A DNA stretch of 64,000 bases, taken from the NCBI GenBank assembly GCA_963675755.2, contig CAXXMD010000003.1, forward strand, positions 1,824,001 through 1,888,000. Reading direction: 5' to 3'. Below, in pieces: positions 1 to 10,104 of this stretch. The notes under the pieces are model-generated. The model saw nothing but the letters and a program-made list of their open reading frames with translations, made no database searches and had not been told where the DNA came from. Origin of the DNA: a bacterium (lineage in GTDB: Bacteria; Zhuqueibacterota; Zhuqueibacteria; Residuimicrobiales; Krinioviventaceae). How positions within the stretch are numbered: the first letter of the stretch is position 1; the number at the start of each line of letters is the position of its first letter. The position numbers and the translations under genes were made by a program.

Positions 1-1
1 A

Positions 2-2179
2 CAACAGGGCGGACATGTAGAGTGTTATAATGCAGCGAACAGAGAACTGTTATGGAAGATTGAAGGTAAGGACAATAGCATTCCTTCAATTTGTACAGGT
101 GATCCGGATAATGATGGCAAGCAGGAATTGATCTGGGGAGATGGAGACTGGTCTAGCGGGCCGGATTTTCTCAATATTGCAGATGTGGAAACGCAAACCC
201 TGGAGTGGGGTAGCTTGGACTTGGTGGGACCCTTTTGTGTGGAGGTAGACGACATTGATAATGACGGAAGGATTGATCTCTTGGCAGGTTCTAATAAATC
301 CGACAATGGTTATAGTAATGGAATGTTGTTTGTTTATGATGCTATTACTCATGAGAAAAAAAAGGTATTGTATGAAAACGATGAAACCAGGGGATATATT
401 GATTGGGTAAAGTCTTTTAATATTAACAGCACTCCGGAAAAGGAGATTTTTATTGGAGCAAATGGACGGATTAGTATGCAAAGCAGTGTAGACTATCAAC
501 AGTTATGGTATGTTTTAAATACACGTTATGAAACTGACCCGGTATTTGGTGATATTGAGAATGATGGTTCTATTGAAATGCTTTTAGGATTAGAGGATCG
601 GGGCATAGTGTCTTATGATATGTCAACTTTAACAGAGGAAAGGATTCTCACTGAAGACCATGCACGGGTTACTGCTTTAAAAATTATCGATTACGATGAT
701 GATCCTGCTATGGAGATTTATTTTAGCAACAAAGGAGTTTTGTATATTATTGATGGTATAACCCGGGACATTCAATGGCAGGGGGACCCGGCTCCAACGC
801 GTTATATTCAGGCAGTGGATTGGCACGATTTAAATTGTGATGGTGTTAATGATTTTTTATATGTAGATCATGAAGGTATGTTTACAGTGCTGGATGGTAC
901 AACAATGGAGCTCATGTTTGAAAAAAATATAAACCGAGACAAAAATATTTCGGCAATATGTACAGGAAATTTTGATAATGCTTCCGGTAAAGAGATCATC
1001 TTGAGGGGAGAAAAATTGTATGTTTTGAGTGCATTTGATCTTTCCCTGCGCTGGCAAAGTGAATCTGTGGGAGGGGACGAATATACAAATTTGATTATAA
1101 AGGATACAGATAAAGACGATTATTTGGATTTTTATATGGGCTCTCCTGCCGGCTTTTATCATTTTGAAGCATCATCAAAACCGGATATAACCCCGCCGGT
1201 TGTTGAATCAGTACATCCACTTGCCGGTCAAAAGAATGTTCCAATTAATACATGCATCAATATCAACTTTTCGGAACGGATTAATCCCTTCCGCTTTGAA
1301 CAGGAAACTGTATGGCTAATGGATGATAAATCCAACACGATTGATTTTTCCATGACTTTTGATGATACATTAAATATTTTAACCATCAAACCGGATACCC
1401 TGCTGCCCGAAAACAATGTTCTGATTGTTACGGTGAGTGGTGAAATATGCGATTATTCGGGTTTGTCTCTTGATGGTGATTATGATGGCACAGGAGAAAA
1501 CGCACCCCAGGATAATTATATTTTTTCATTTAGTACAGGTACCCAAATTGATACCCTGGGGCCTGTGATTTTAAATGTGGTAACGAATGTTGATACGCTT
1601 GTTCATGGCAGCGATTTAATTGTTTCAGCTTTGGCGTGTGATACCTTGGGAGACATCCATTCCGGGATCAATAGTGTAGAATGTTTTATTGACAGCTTCG
1701 GGCAGGGATATATGTTTCAGGCAATTGATAACGCATTTGATTCAGAAAAGGAATCTGTTGAGCTGGTATTGAACAATTCTGATCTCACTGCGGGTTTTCA
1801 TGAACTGTTTATACATGCCCGGGACCAAAACGGTAATTGGGGGAATTTTGTTACGGTCCCAATACAGATTGTATTCCCAACACGTATCAATACTGATCAG
1901 CAAAAAATAATACCCGATCAATTTTGTTTGTATCCCAATTATCCAAATCCGTTTAACCACTCTACACAAATCTCTTTTGATTTGCCGAAAAGTAGTTTTG
2001 TGAATTTGAGTATATATGATATAAATGGTCGATTGGTAAAAACAATAGTTAACGAGACTATGCCTTTAGGAAATCATAGGTTTACTTGTGGTTTTTCTCC
2101 ATTTGCATCCGGAATTTATTTTTATTCATTAACTACCGGCGACTATAAATCAGTAAACAAGTGTGTATTTGTGAAATAA
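2..2179 (+). CDS. Secreted FG-GAP/VCBS-repeat and Ig-like domain protein with T9SS type A sorting domain (5' truncated by window edge)
   Basis: Frame is open from base 2 (QQGGHVECYN...), upstream of the listed ORF start at 128. Repeated DxDxDGxxE/D motifs, PPVVESVHP...FSE Ig-like segment, and C-terminal NYPNPFN...IYDINGRLV...SGIYFY. Confidence 0.8.
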   Translation, partial: QQGGHVECYNAANRELLWKIEGKDNSIPSICTGDPDNDGKQELIWGDGDWSSGPDFLNIADVETQTLEWGSLDLVGPFCVEVDDIDNDGRIDLLAGSNKSDNGYSNGMLFVYDAITHEKKKVLYENDETRGYIDWVKSFNINSTPEKEIFIGANGRISMQSSVDYQQLWYVLNTRYETDPVFGDIENDGSIEMLLGLEDRGIVSYDMSTLTEERILTEDHARVTALKIIDYDDDPAMEIYFSNKGVLYIIDGITRDIQWQGDPAPTRYIQAVDWHDLNCDGVNDFLYVDHEGMFTVLDGTTMELMFEKNINRDKNISAICTGNFDNASGKEIILRGEKLYVLSAFDLSLRWQSESVGGDEYTNLIIKDTDKDDYLDFYMGSPAGFYHFEASSKPDITPPVVESVHPLAGQKNVPINTCININFSERINPFRFEQETVWLMDDKSNTIDFSMTFDDTLNILTIKPDTLLPENNVLIVTVSGEICDYSGLSLDGDYDGTGENAPQDNYIFSFSTGTQIDTLGPVILNVVTNVDTLVHGSDLIVSALACDTLGDIHSGINSVECFIDSFGQGYMFQAIDNAFDSEKESVELVLNNSDLTAGFHELFIHARDQNGNWGNFVTVPIQIVFPTRINTDQQKIIPDQFCLYPNYPNPFNHSTQISFDLPKSSFVNLSIYDINGRLVKTIVNETMPLGNHRFTCGFSPFASGIYFYSLTTGDYKSVNKCVFVK

Positions 2180-2227
2180 ATTTGTAAATTTATAGATAAT
2201 TTATGATGTGAATGATTGTGAGAATAA

Positions 2228-3076
2228 ATGAAGACCTCTTTGGATTGTATTCCCTGTATGATCAACAGCTTTTTGCGATTGTTGGGTAACGGTATGCTGC
2301 CGGAAGAAAAACATGTGGATGCTACTCAGCGACTGCTGGGGTATCTGGCCACTGCGGATCTGGAAAAATCTCCACCGGCTTTGGCGCGCGAGATGCATGC
2401 AATTATCCGGCAAGAGCTGAATAATCCTGATCCTTATCTGGAAATTAAAAATCAGTATAATCAAAAAATGATGGATATGCTGCCTCGGTTCGAAAAGATG
2501 ATAAGGGAAGCAGCCAATTCTTTTGATATGGCCCTGCGATTGGCAATGGCCGGGAATGTGATCGATTTTGGTCCGCAGAATCAATTAGACATTATACAGA
2601 CCATCAATCGGGTTGTGGATGCTGAATTTGGCATTGATGATTCCAAAATTTTGCAGCAACAGGTAGCGTCTGCCAAGTCGTTGTTGTACATTGGTGATAA
2701 CTGTGGAGAAATTGTTCTGGACCGATTGTTCCTGCAAACGATAAATCATCCCAACGTCACCTTTGTGGTTCGCGGAGGTCCTGCCATTAACGACGCACTG
2801 ATTGAGGATGCTGATTTTGCAAGAATCCCGGATTATGCTGGAATCATAACCACCGGCGACAACTCGCCCGGTGCGGTGTGGGAGACTGCGTCGCAAGAGT
2901 TTAGGGACGCGGTTATGTCTGCGGATGTGGTGATATCAAAGGGACAGGGCAATCTGGAAGCATTGATGGATGTGCAAGCCAATATTTATTTTATACTCGT
3001 AGCAAAGTGTGATGGAATCGCATCCAAGCTGGGCGCTAAAACCGGGGACTTTATTGTCAAACGGCAAAAGTTTTGA
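2228..3076 (+). CDS. ARMT1-like/DUF89 damage-control phosphatase
   Basis: CIPC N-terminus, AGNVIDFG, DNCGEIVLD, NDA and SKGQGN motifs. Confidence 0.9.
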   Translation: MKTSLDCIPCMINSFLRLLGNGMLPEEKHVDATQRLLGYLATADLEKSPPALAREMHAIIRQELNNPDPYLEIKNQYNQKMMDMLPRFEKMIREAANSFDMALRLAMAGNVIDFGPQNQLDIIQTINRVVDAEFGIDDSKILQQQVASAKSLLYIGDNCGEIVLDRLFLQTINHPNVTFVVRGGPAINDALIEDADFARIPDYAGIITTGDNSPGAVWETASQEFRDAVMSADVVISKGQGNLEALMDVQANIYFILVAKCDGIASKLGAKTGDFIVKRQKF

Positions 3077-3150
3077 ACCACAGAATATATACCCGGTCTT
3101 TACTTTTATTCAACAAACGGATACTCTGAAGCCGGGGAGGAAGTAAAAAT

Positions 3151-4020
3151 ATGATCCACGCTATTGAATCCCAAATTACGGCGAACCGGCATCTCAATCT
3201 GTTTTTTGATCATCTGGACCAGGTTTTGTCTGTAACAGATACGTTCAGAACCAGGATCCTGGATTTGAAAAAACAAGATTCTGTTGATATTGAGCAACTG
3301 ATTGAACAGACTGCGCGGCAGTCCATCCAGGCCATCTATCAAATTAACCAGTATATCGATATTCCTGAACAGGATATGGACGAACTGAAACAAATATATC
3401 GTATTACCTGGGACGAGATAGATACGCACAATTTTGATGCGATAATGAGGGCCCATCATTACCGTCTTGCGGACTGGCTGGCGCGCTTTTATCCCGACGC
3501 GTTTATTAAGGCCTTGAAACAGCAGCCTCAGGTTGGTGCAGTGCTGAACAAATCCTATTCCGCAGAATTTCAACTGCAAGTGTTGAATATTGATGTGGAA
3601 ACTCTGCAGGCCCCTGTATTGGATATTGGCTGCGGCCCGGAGGGGAATCTCGTCCGGGAACTGGTAGAAAACGGAATTGACGCGATTGGGATTGACCGCA
3701 TTATTAACAGTCCGGAGACGTATTTGATTGAATCCAACTGGTTCGATTTTGATCTCCGGCAGAAATCATGGGGAACGGTCATCTCTAACATGGGGTTCAG
3801 TAACCATCTTGTCTATTGTCTGCGAAATGAACCGGAACGGGTTTCCGCGTATCTTTTGCGATACCGGGAGATTCTTGATTCGCTCAAGCCGTGCGGTGAG
3901 TTTATTTATGCCCCCTCTATACCTGTAGTGGAAGAACGGCTTGACAGTCGCAGCTGGCAGGTGGTCCGTAACGAGGTCACTCCTGGGATTTGGGTGACAC
4001 GAATCATTCGTCGCGTATAA
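3151..4020 (+). CDS. Class I SAM-dependent methyltransferase-like protein
   Basis: VLDIGCGPEG motif I followed by AIGID; GGAGG RBS upstream. Confidence 0.7.
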   Translation: MIHAIESQITANRHLNLFFDHLDQVLSVTDTFRTRILDLKKQDSVDIEQLIEQTARQSIQAIYQINQYIDIPEQDMDELKQIYRITWDEIDTHNFDAIMRAHHYRLADWLARFYPDAFIKALKQQPQVGAVLNKSYSAEFQLQVLNIDVETLQAPVLDIGCGPEGNLVRELVENGIDAIGIDRIINSPETYLIESNWFDFDLRQKSWGTVISNMGFSNHLVYCLRNEPERVSAYLLRYREILDSLKPCGEFIYAPSIPVVEERLDSRSWQVVRNEVTPGIWVTRIIRRV

Positions 4021-4181
4021 AAAGACGGATTGGTTGGTTACTTTCATTTTGAGCTATTGACCAGTGAAAAGATTTGAGAAAATCTTTGATTTTTTAAATG
4101 CCTTTTATATATTCTTTTACTCGTCTCATGTATTTATGAATTCACGCTGTAAATAACCTGAAAAAATAACTGGAGTTTGAC

Positions 4182-6707
4182 ATGTCAAAATTGCTGAAAC
4201 TACTCCCCGTTGTATTGATGTTTTTACTGTTGAATGTTTTTGTAAATTGTTCAAGCGGTAGCAAACAACCGGTGGATTATGTAAATCCCATGATTGGAAC
4301 GGATGCTGCCGGTCACACGTTTCCCGGGGCGTGTTTGCCTTTTGGCATGGTGCAATTAAGTCCAGATAACGGATACCAGGGAGTCAAAGCCTACAGTTAT
4401 GCCGGAAAGACCATTCTGGGTTTCAGCCATACCCATTTGAGCGGCACGGGTCCTTATACCAAAACACACTATAACAATGTGTTGATCATGCCTACAATTG
4501 GCGATGTGGAAATTATGCCGGGCGTACAAAAAGAACTCAATGCCGAAGCGGCCAAAAGAACAAAAAAACAGTTACAGCAAATGTCCGCAAAAGAACGTGA
4601 GAAAAAACAGCGTGATATTATAAATAAAGAAAAGTTAAAAATCCTTGATGAATACAATATGGATGAAGACGGCTATTATTCGGAAGAGACCTTTCACGGA
4701 TATGAATCTGCATACAACCATGATGAAGAAGTAACCAGTCCCGGTTATTATGCGGTAAACCTGCAGGACTATGGTATCAAAGCCGAGATGACTGTCACCG
4801 AGCGTGTTGGGCTGCATCGCTATACGTTTCCCGCGTCTGAGAACGCGCATATCATTATGGATGTGACGCACTCGCTCACCCCGGACCGTGACGCGCATGT
4901 GAAAATTTTGAGCGATCACCAGATTGAAGGATATGTGACAGGAGATATGGAAGGCTCTTATAATTTGCCGCTTACCTGTTATTATTACGCGGAATTCAGC
5001 AAACCCTTTACGTCTGCAAGTACCTGGAATGGTGAAACGATATATGATGGACAAAAAGAGATTTCCGGTAGAGACGGTGTAGGTGCTGTTTTAAATTATG
5101 CAACCACGGAAGGTGAACAGGTTTTGATCAAAGTGGGCATCTCTTTTGTCAGCATAGAAGGTGCCAAAAAGAACATGGAGGCAGAACTGCCGCACTGGGA
5201 TTTTGATCAAGTGCATCAGGCAGCCAGAGACAAATGGAACAAAAAGTTGGACAAAATCGCCATCAAGGGAGCCACAGAAGACCAGAAAATTATTTTCTAT
5301 TCGTCCATGTATCACGCGCACATGTTTCCCCGTGTATTTTCTGATGTTGACGGCAAGTACTACAGCCATTTTGACGATGCGGTTCACGGCAGTCCCGAGG
5401 CTCGCTATTATGTGGATTTCTCCCTTTGGGATACTTACCGGGCGCACCATCCTCTGCTGGCATATTTAGAGCCGGAACGTCAGAACGAGATGATCAGAAC
5501 GTTTCTGGCCATGTACGATCAGGGCGGAAGGCTGCCACTGCATGTAAGCTACAAGAACCATTACCAGGCGGTAATGATTGGCGATCACGCAACCTCTGTT
5601 ATTGTGGATTCGTACATGAAAGGCCTGCGCGATTATGATGTGGAAAAGGCATACGAAGCCATGCGTAAAAATGCCATGGAGCCGGGTGAACGACCCTGGA
5701 GTCGCTATGGTCTGGATTATTATATGAAGATGAAATACATTCCCGCGGACAAGGTGCGCGAGTCTGTATCCGTAACACTTGAAGATGCCTATGACGACTG
5801 GTGTATGGCAGAGATTGCCAAAGCCCTTGGCAAAGACGATGATGCTGTCTATTTCAGCAATCGTTCTTTGTATTACCGCAACCTGTATGATATGCAAACC
5901 GGATTTATGCGTCCCCGTATGCTTGACGGCTCGTGGCTGGGCATGTGTGATAATGAATTGCCCCACATTGTCACCACCGATGTGCACCCCTATTACAGCT
6001 GTTTTGATCCCTTGTGGGTGGGTGTGAGTCCCAATCGTCATTTTACTGAATCGAGTGCGTGGCAGTACCTGTGGTATGTACCCCACGATATTTATGGCCT
6101 GAGCCAGCTTATGGGCGGCGAGGATGCCTTTGTTGAAAAATTGGATAGTTTATTTATCATGTCACCCAAAGAATCCGGTGAACGTCAATACGCACCGCTT
6201 CGCAGCAAAATTGGCCAGTATGTTCACGGCAATGAGCCGGTTCACCATGTGGCGTATTTGTTTAATTATGTGGGACAACCGTGGAAAACCCAGAAATGGG
6301 TGAACGAAGTTCGAAATAAAATGTACGGCACCGGTCCGGATGGCTTGTGCGGCAACGACGATATGGGCCAAATGTCCGCATGGTATATCTTTAGTGCGCT
6401 TGGATTTTATCCTGTAGCGCCGGGACAAAATGCATTTGTCATCGGTACACCCTTGTTTGAAGAAGCAACCCTGAATCTGGGTGAATATTTTAACAACAAA
6501 ACCTTTACCGTCAAGGCAGACAATGTATCTGCGGAGAATATCTATATCCAGTCCGCAACGTTGAATGGCGAGCCCTTAAACAAAAACTGGATCTCACATG
6601 AGGAAATTGTCAATGGCGGCACCCTCATCTTTAATATGGGTCCACAACCCAACACAGAGTGGGGCAGTGCACCGGAATCGGTCCCACCGTCTTTGACAAA
6701 AGGATAG
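4182..6707 (+). CDS. GH92 alpha-mannosidase family lipoprotein
   Basis: YVNPMIGT, FPGACLPFGMVQLSPD, FSLWDTYR, HGNEPVHH and CGNDDMGQMSAW motifs; signal peptide with Cys. Confidence 0.93.
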   Translation: MSKLLKLLPVVLMFLLLNVFVNCSSGSKQPVDYVNPMIGTDAAGHTFPGACLPFGMVQLSPDNGYQGVKAYSYAGKTILGFSHTHLSGTGPYTKTHYNNVLIMPTIGDVEIMPGVQKELNAEAAKRTKKQLQQMSAKEREKKQRDIINKEKLKILDEYNMDEDGYYSEETFHGYESAYNHDEEVTSPGYYAVNLQDYGIKAEMTVTERVGLHRYTFPASENAHIIMDVTHSLTPDRDAHVKILSDHQIEGYVTGDMEGSYNLPLTCYYYAEFSKPFTSASTWNGETIYDGQKEISGRDGVGAVLNYATTEGEQVLIKVGISFVSIEGAKKNMEAELPHWDFDQVHQAARDKWNKKLDKIAIKGATEDQKIIFYSSMYHAHMFPRVFSDVDGKYYSHFDDAVHGSPEARYYVDFSLWDTYRAHHPLLAYLEPERQNEMIRTFLAMYDQGGRLPLHVSYKNHYQAVMIGDHATSVIVDSYMKGLRDYDVEKAYEAMRKNAMEPGERPWSRYGLDYYMKMKYIPADKVRESVSVTLEDAYDDWCMAEIAKALGKDDDAVYFSNRSLYYRNLYDMQTGFMRPRMLDGSWLGMCDNELPHIVTTDVHPYYSCFDPLWVGVSPNRHFTESSAWQYLWYVPHDIYGLSQLMGGEDAFVEKLDSLFIMSPKESGERQYAPLRSKIGQYVHGNEPVHHVAYLFNYVGQPWKTQKWVNEVRNKMYGTGPDGLCGNDDMGQMSAWYIFSALGFYPVAPGQNAFVIGTPLFEEATLNLGEYFNNKTFTVKADNVSAENIYIQSATLNGEPLNKNWISHEEIVNGGTLIFNMGPQPNTEWGSAPESVPPSLTKG

Positions 6708-6722
6708 ATTGTAGAATTTATG

Positions 6723-6785
6723 AAAACCGGTCTTTTGATACATCCCGATCTGTCAAGTGACGGATCGGGAGCTTGCCGGTTTTTT
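6723..6785. terminator. Bidirectional terminator-like hairpin with a nested palindrome
   Basis: AAAACCGG...CCGGTTTTTT outer stem encloses TCCCGATCTGTCA-AG-TGACGGATCGGGA; lies between convergent genes. Confidence 0.6.
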
Positions 6786-6829
6786 GATCGTAATCGTTGA
6801 GCGCGGTGCTCTCTTTCCCGAATAGCTTG

Positions 6830-7450
6830 TTACTCTACAAGAATAAACTCTTTTTTCTCCAGATCATAATTAAAGACTTCTCCGGTCTCTATAATATAAT
6901 ACCACCCAAGTATACTCAATGTATTATTCTCTACCCGTTCTTCAATATAGGGATAGGTCAACAGGTGGTTCAACTGTTCAACAATGTTCAATTGTTCGGT
7001 TTTCCACTCACGTTCCGCAGGGTCTATTATGTTTTCTTTTTCAATTTTCGTCTTGACTTTTTGAGCCAGTTCCAACCATCTTTGGGTATGGGGGAGCTTT
7101 TTCATGAATGCTTTTTCCGCATAGAGCGCTTTGCATCCGCCGCAGTTTGAATGTCCGCAAACCACAATATTTTTCACATCCAGTACCTGTACGGCATATT
7201 CAATTGCTGAAGTGGTGGATAGGAACTCGTTAGACAGGCGGTAGTGGGGAACCATGTTGGCAATATTGCGAATGATGAACAAATCGCCGGGCAGCGTTTT
7301 GGTGATCAGGGTCGGCACAATGCGTGAATCCGAACAGCTGATAAACAATGTATGCGGATTTTGCTGCTTGCCGATGCTGGCAAAAAGGTCCTTGTGCTCC
7401 AGAAAATCGGTTTGATTGAATTTGATAATACCGTCGTACAATTCTTTCAT
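6830..7450 (-). CDS. can: Beta-class carbonic anhydrase
   Basis: CSDSR and HSNCGGC zinc-ligand motifs, RNIAN; AAGGA RBS favours the ATG at 7450. Confidence 0.93.
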   Translation of the reverse strand: MKELYDGIIKFNQTDFLEHKDLFASIGKQQNPHTLFISCSDSRIVPTLITKTLPGDLFIIRNIANMVPHYRLSNEFLSTTSAIEYAVQVLDVKNIVVCGHSNCGGCKALYAEKAFMKKLPHTQRWLELAQKVKTKIEKENIIDPAEREWKTEQLNIVEQLNHLLTYPYIEERVENNTLSILGWYYIIETGEVFNYDLEKKEFILVE

Positions 7451-7569
7451 GTTCAAATCCTTTTTAGGGTATTGTTGAATGCGAAAATATAGGGATTTAT
7501 GTGTTTAATTTCAACAAGCGGTATTAAAAATTGAAACCGGCTGTTGCAAGAAAAGCAGGTAGAACTTAA

Positions 7570-8334
7570 TTTCTGGTTTTAGGGCGCTGCCCTGGAATCT
7601 AAAAGATAGCCCACAAAATGCACGAATAAACACATAAATATAAAAAACACGGGCCCCGGGTTCGAGCGAGTCCGCCAAAGCGGATGAGCGAGAGTATCAA
7701 AGGGCCGAGCCTAAAAAAAACAACAGATAAATCCGCCAGCAGTTGGACTTATGCGGATAAATAAAGATAAAAACAAATGATCGTGACGGAGATAAGCGCA
7801 GCGATCTCCGTCACGTAACCACTTGCCCAAATTATCAGGTTGTGTAAAAATAAATTAAAACAGAATAACTCAAGAGAAATGTAAAAAAGACGTGGAGTGC
7901 TGTACCTTTATGTACAGCAGGCCGTCGGAGACGGCCTCATAACAATTATATTTAAATAAAAATTTTGAACAAAAGATGCTTTCATAAATATTTAACATTT
8001 AATCCTAAGGCCCAATTTATATCGGACCTACGGCCCGACGCGGCGCATAAAGGCGCCGCACTCCAAATACACCTAATTTCTGGTTCCAGTGGCTCTGCCC
8101 TGGAACCCAAAAATAAAACGCAGAGAAGCAGAGGGCCCAGAGAAAAAATATTTAAAGGTTACTCCGTGACGGAGACCGCGTTGCTAAACTCCGTCACGAT
8201 CTTTTGGGTGGTTTTTTCTCTGTGCCGGAGTTTATCCGCCAACTGGCGGATGCCTCTGTGGTTATTATTATTGTATTTTTCATTATCGATCTGATTATCC
8301 TGTGATTGAGTCTGCTCCACTAAACTCCGTCACG
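7570..8334. repeat. Mosaic cluster A of REP-like palindromes and trimer repeats
   Basis: 34-bp CGTGACGGAG...CTCCGTCACG hairpins at 7782-7815 and 8165-8198 (half copy 8325-8334); GGTTCCAG...CTGGAACC; CCCACAAAATGCACGAATAAACAC; GGAGTGC hairpin pair. Modules shared with 9.5 kb and 26 kb. Confidence 0.9.
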
Positions 8335-8535
8335 TTAGAATTGAATCTCAAGTGTAAAAATGTCTTGTATTTATTGCCGGGATTTTATATCTATAGATAT
8401 ATGCGACACTGATCTGGGGATTACAGCACGGAATGATTTTCTAATACCATATTCTGATGATGCATTGATTTTTTATAAAATAGGTGCAGTCTAAAAATGT
8501 TTATATTCTAAAACAAAATATGGGGAGAATGTAAA

Positions 8536-9519
8536 ATGAAAACAGCAAAATTTGTATTTCCGCTATTCATAACACTTTTACTTTTGAGTTGTGAAACATC
8601 CAAAAATCCGTTATCACCTGAATCAGGAAGCGGGAGTTGGAAAGGTGCGTCAACGGTAAATTCCGGTTTACGAGATATTTATTTTATCGACGCTGATAAT
8701 GGCTGGATAGTAGGCGACAATGGAAACATCTTTTATTCAAACAATGGCGGTACAACCTGGCAAAAACAAAACAGCGGAACCACGGCCAAACTCGTTTCCA
8801 TCTATTTTGTTGATAATCAAAATGGATTTGCTGCCGGATATGATAATACCCTGCTTTACACTCATGATGGCGGCAAGAATTGGAATGCGCTTGATATAAA
8901 AAGCGATAGTGCTACAATATTTAGCAGCATCTGTGCTGATGGTGATAACAATGTGTGGTTTGTTTCAAATTATGGAGAAATATTTTATTCAACAAATTTG
9001 GGAAAGGACTGGATTTTAAAGAACCAGCTTGAAACCTGGGGATACTCTTATTTATCATTCCCCAATAGTTCTGTTGGATTTGCAAGAGATGCACTTGGTG
9101 CTAAATTGATGAAAACAGTCGATGGCGGCAATACCTGGAATCAATGCCAAGTTCCTACGATGTGGTCCAGGAGTATTTATTTCCTGGATGACAATTTTGG
9201 ATGGATGACAGAAGATTGGGGGCCCAGTTCGACCATTCATGACAGTGCTTCAGTATATAAAACCATTGATGGAGGGGCAACATGGCAACGTCAGGCAATG
9301 TTGCCCGGATTGTCTTTGGGTATTGTTCAATTTGTGAATATTGAAAAAGGATGGTTATCCCAGGTAACTAAAATTTATCATACATCAGATGGCGGAAACT
9401 CGTGGAATGTTCAGTTTGAAAATGAAGATGTGGGTTATATTACGGATATGTATTTCCTGAATGAATCAAAGGGCTGGGCAATCACAAACAGCGGGGTTGT
9501 TCTTGTTTATGGCCCCTGA
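8536..9519 (+). CDS. YCF48-related/BNR (Asp-box) beta-propeller lipoprotein
   Basis: LLSC lipobox; repeated F.D...GW/GF and T.DGG.TW Asp-boxes. Confidence 0.88.
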   Translation: MKTAKFVFPLFITLLLLSCETSKNPLSPESGSGSWKGASTVNSGLRDIYFIDADNGWIVGDNGNIFYSNNGGTTWQKQNSGTTAKLVSIYFVDNQNGFAAGYDNTLLYTHDGGKNWNALDIKSDSATIFSSICADGDNNVWFVSNYGEIFYSTNLGKDWILKNQLETWGYSYLSFPNSSVGFARDALGAKLMKTVDGGNTWNQCQVPTMWSRSIYFLDDNFGWMTEDWGPSSTIHDSASVYKTIDGGATWQRQAMLPGLSLGIVQFVNIEKGWLSQVTKIYHTSDGGNSWNVQFENEDVGYITDMYFLNESKGWAITNSGVVLVYGP

Positions 9520-9539
9520 TAGTGTATGATTTATCATGC

Positions 9540-10092
9540 CACGGATTCCAGGGGCTCTGACTTTACAAAAAGATGACCCACGAAATGCACGAATAAGCAC
9601 AAAAATATAAAAAACGAGGATTGTAGAACGAAATTCATTTCGTTTGTTCGTCGCAGACGGACGCATTTCGATCTGGATAACAGATAAACCACAGAGACTC
9701 AGAGTTCACAGAGGAAAACAAAAATATAAAAAACACGGGCTCCGGGTTCGAGCGAGTCCGCCAAAGCGGAGGAGGGAGAGTATAAAAGGGCCAGGCGCAT
9801 AATTTATTTCACCTCGGATTCCGTTGGCCCATCCCGGGAGCCAAAAGATAGCCCACGAAATTGCACCAAAGGACACAAAAAGAAAAACAGAAATTTACCA
9901 CATACAAATCCGTCAGCAGACGGACTCGTGCGGATAAATCAGCAAGGGGCCGGACACGCGCAGATAAAAACACATGATCGTGACGGAGATAAGTGCAGCG
10001 ATCTCCGTCACGCATGGATGATTTCTTTGTGAGCTTTGTGTCTTGGTGAGGGCCTGTTTTTGACTCACACGGAGGCACAAAGGCACAGAGAA
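9540..10092. repeat. Mosaic cluster B of REP-like palindromes and trimer repeats
   Basis: Same modules as clusters A and C, mostly reverse-complement to C: GTAGAACGAAATTCATTTCGTT, CGTCGCAGACGG, GAGCGAGTCCGCCAAAGCGGA, 34-bp hairpin at 9979-10012. Confidence 0.9.
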
Positions 10093-10104
10093 ATAAAAAA
10101 TGAA

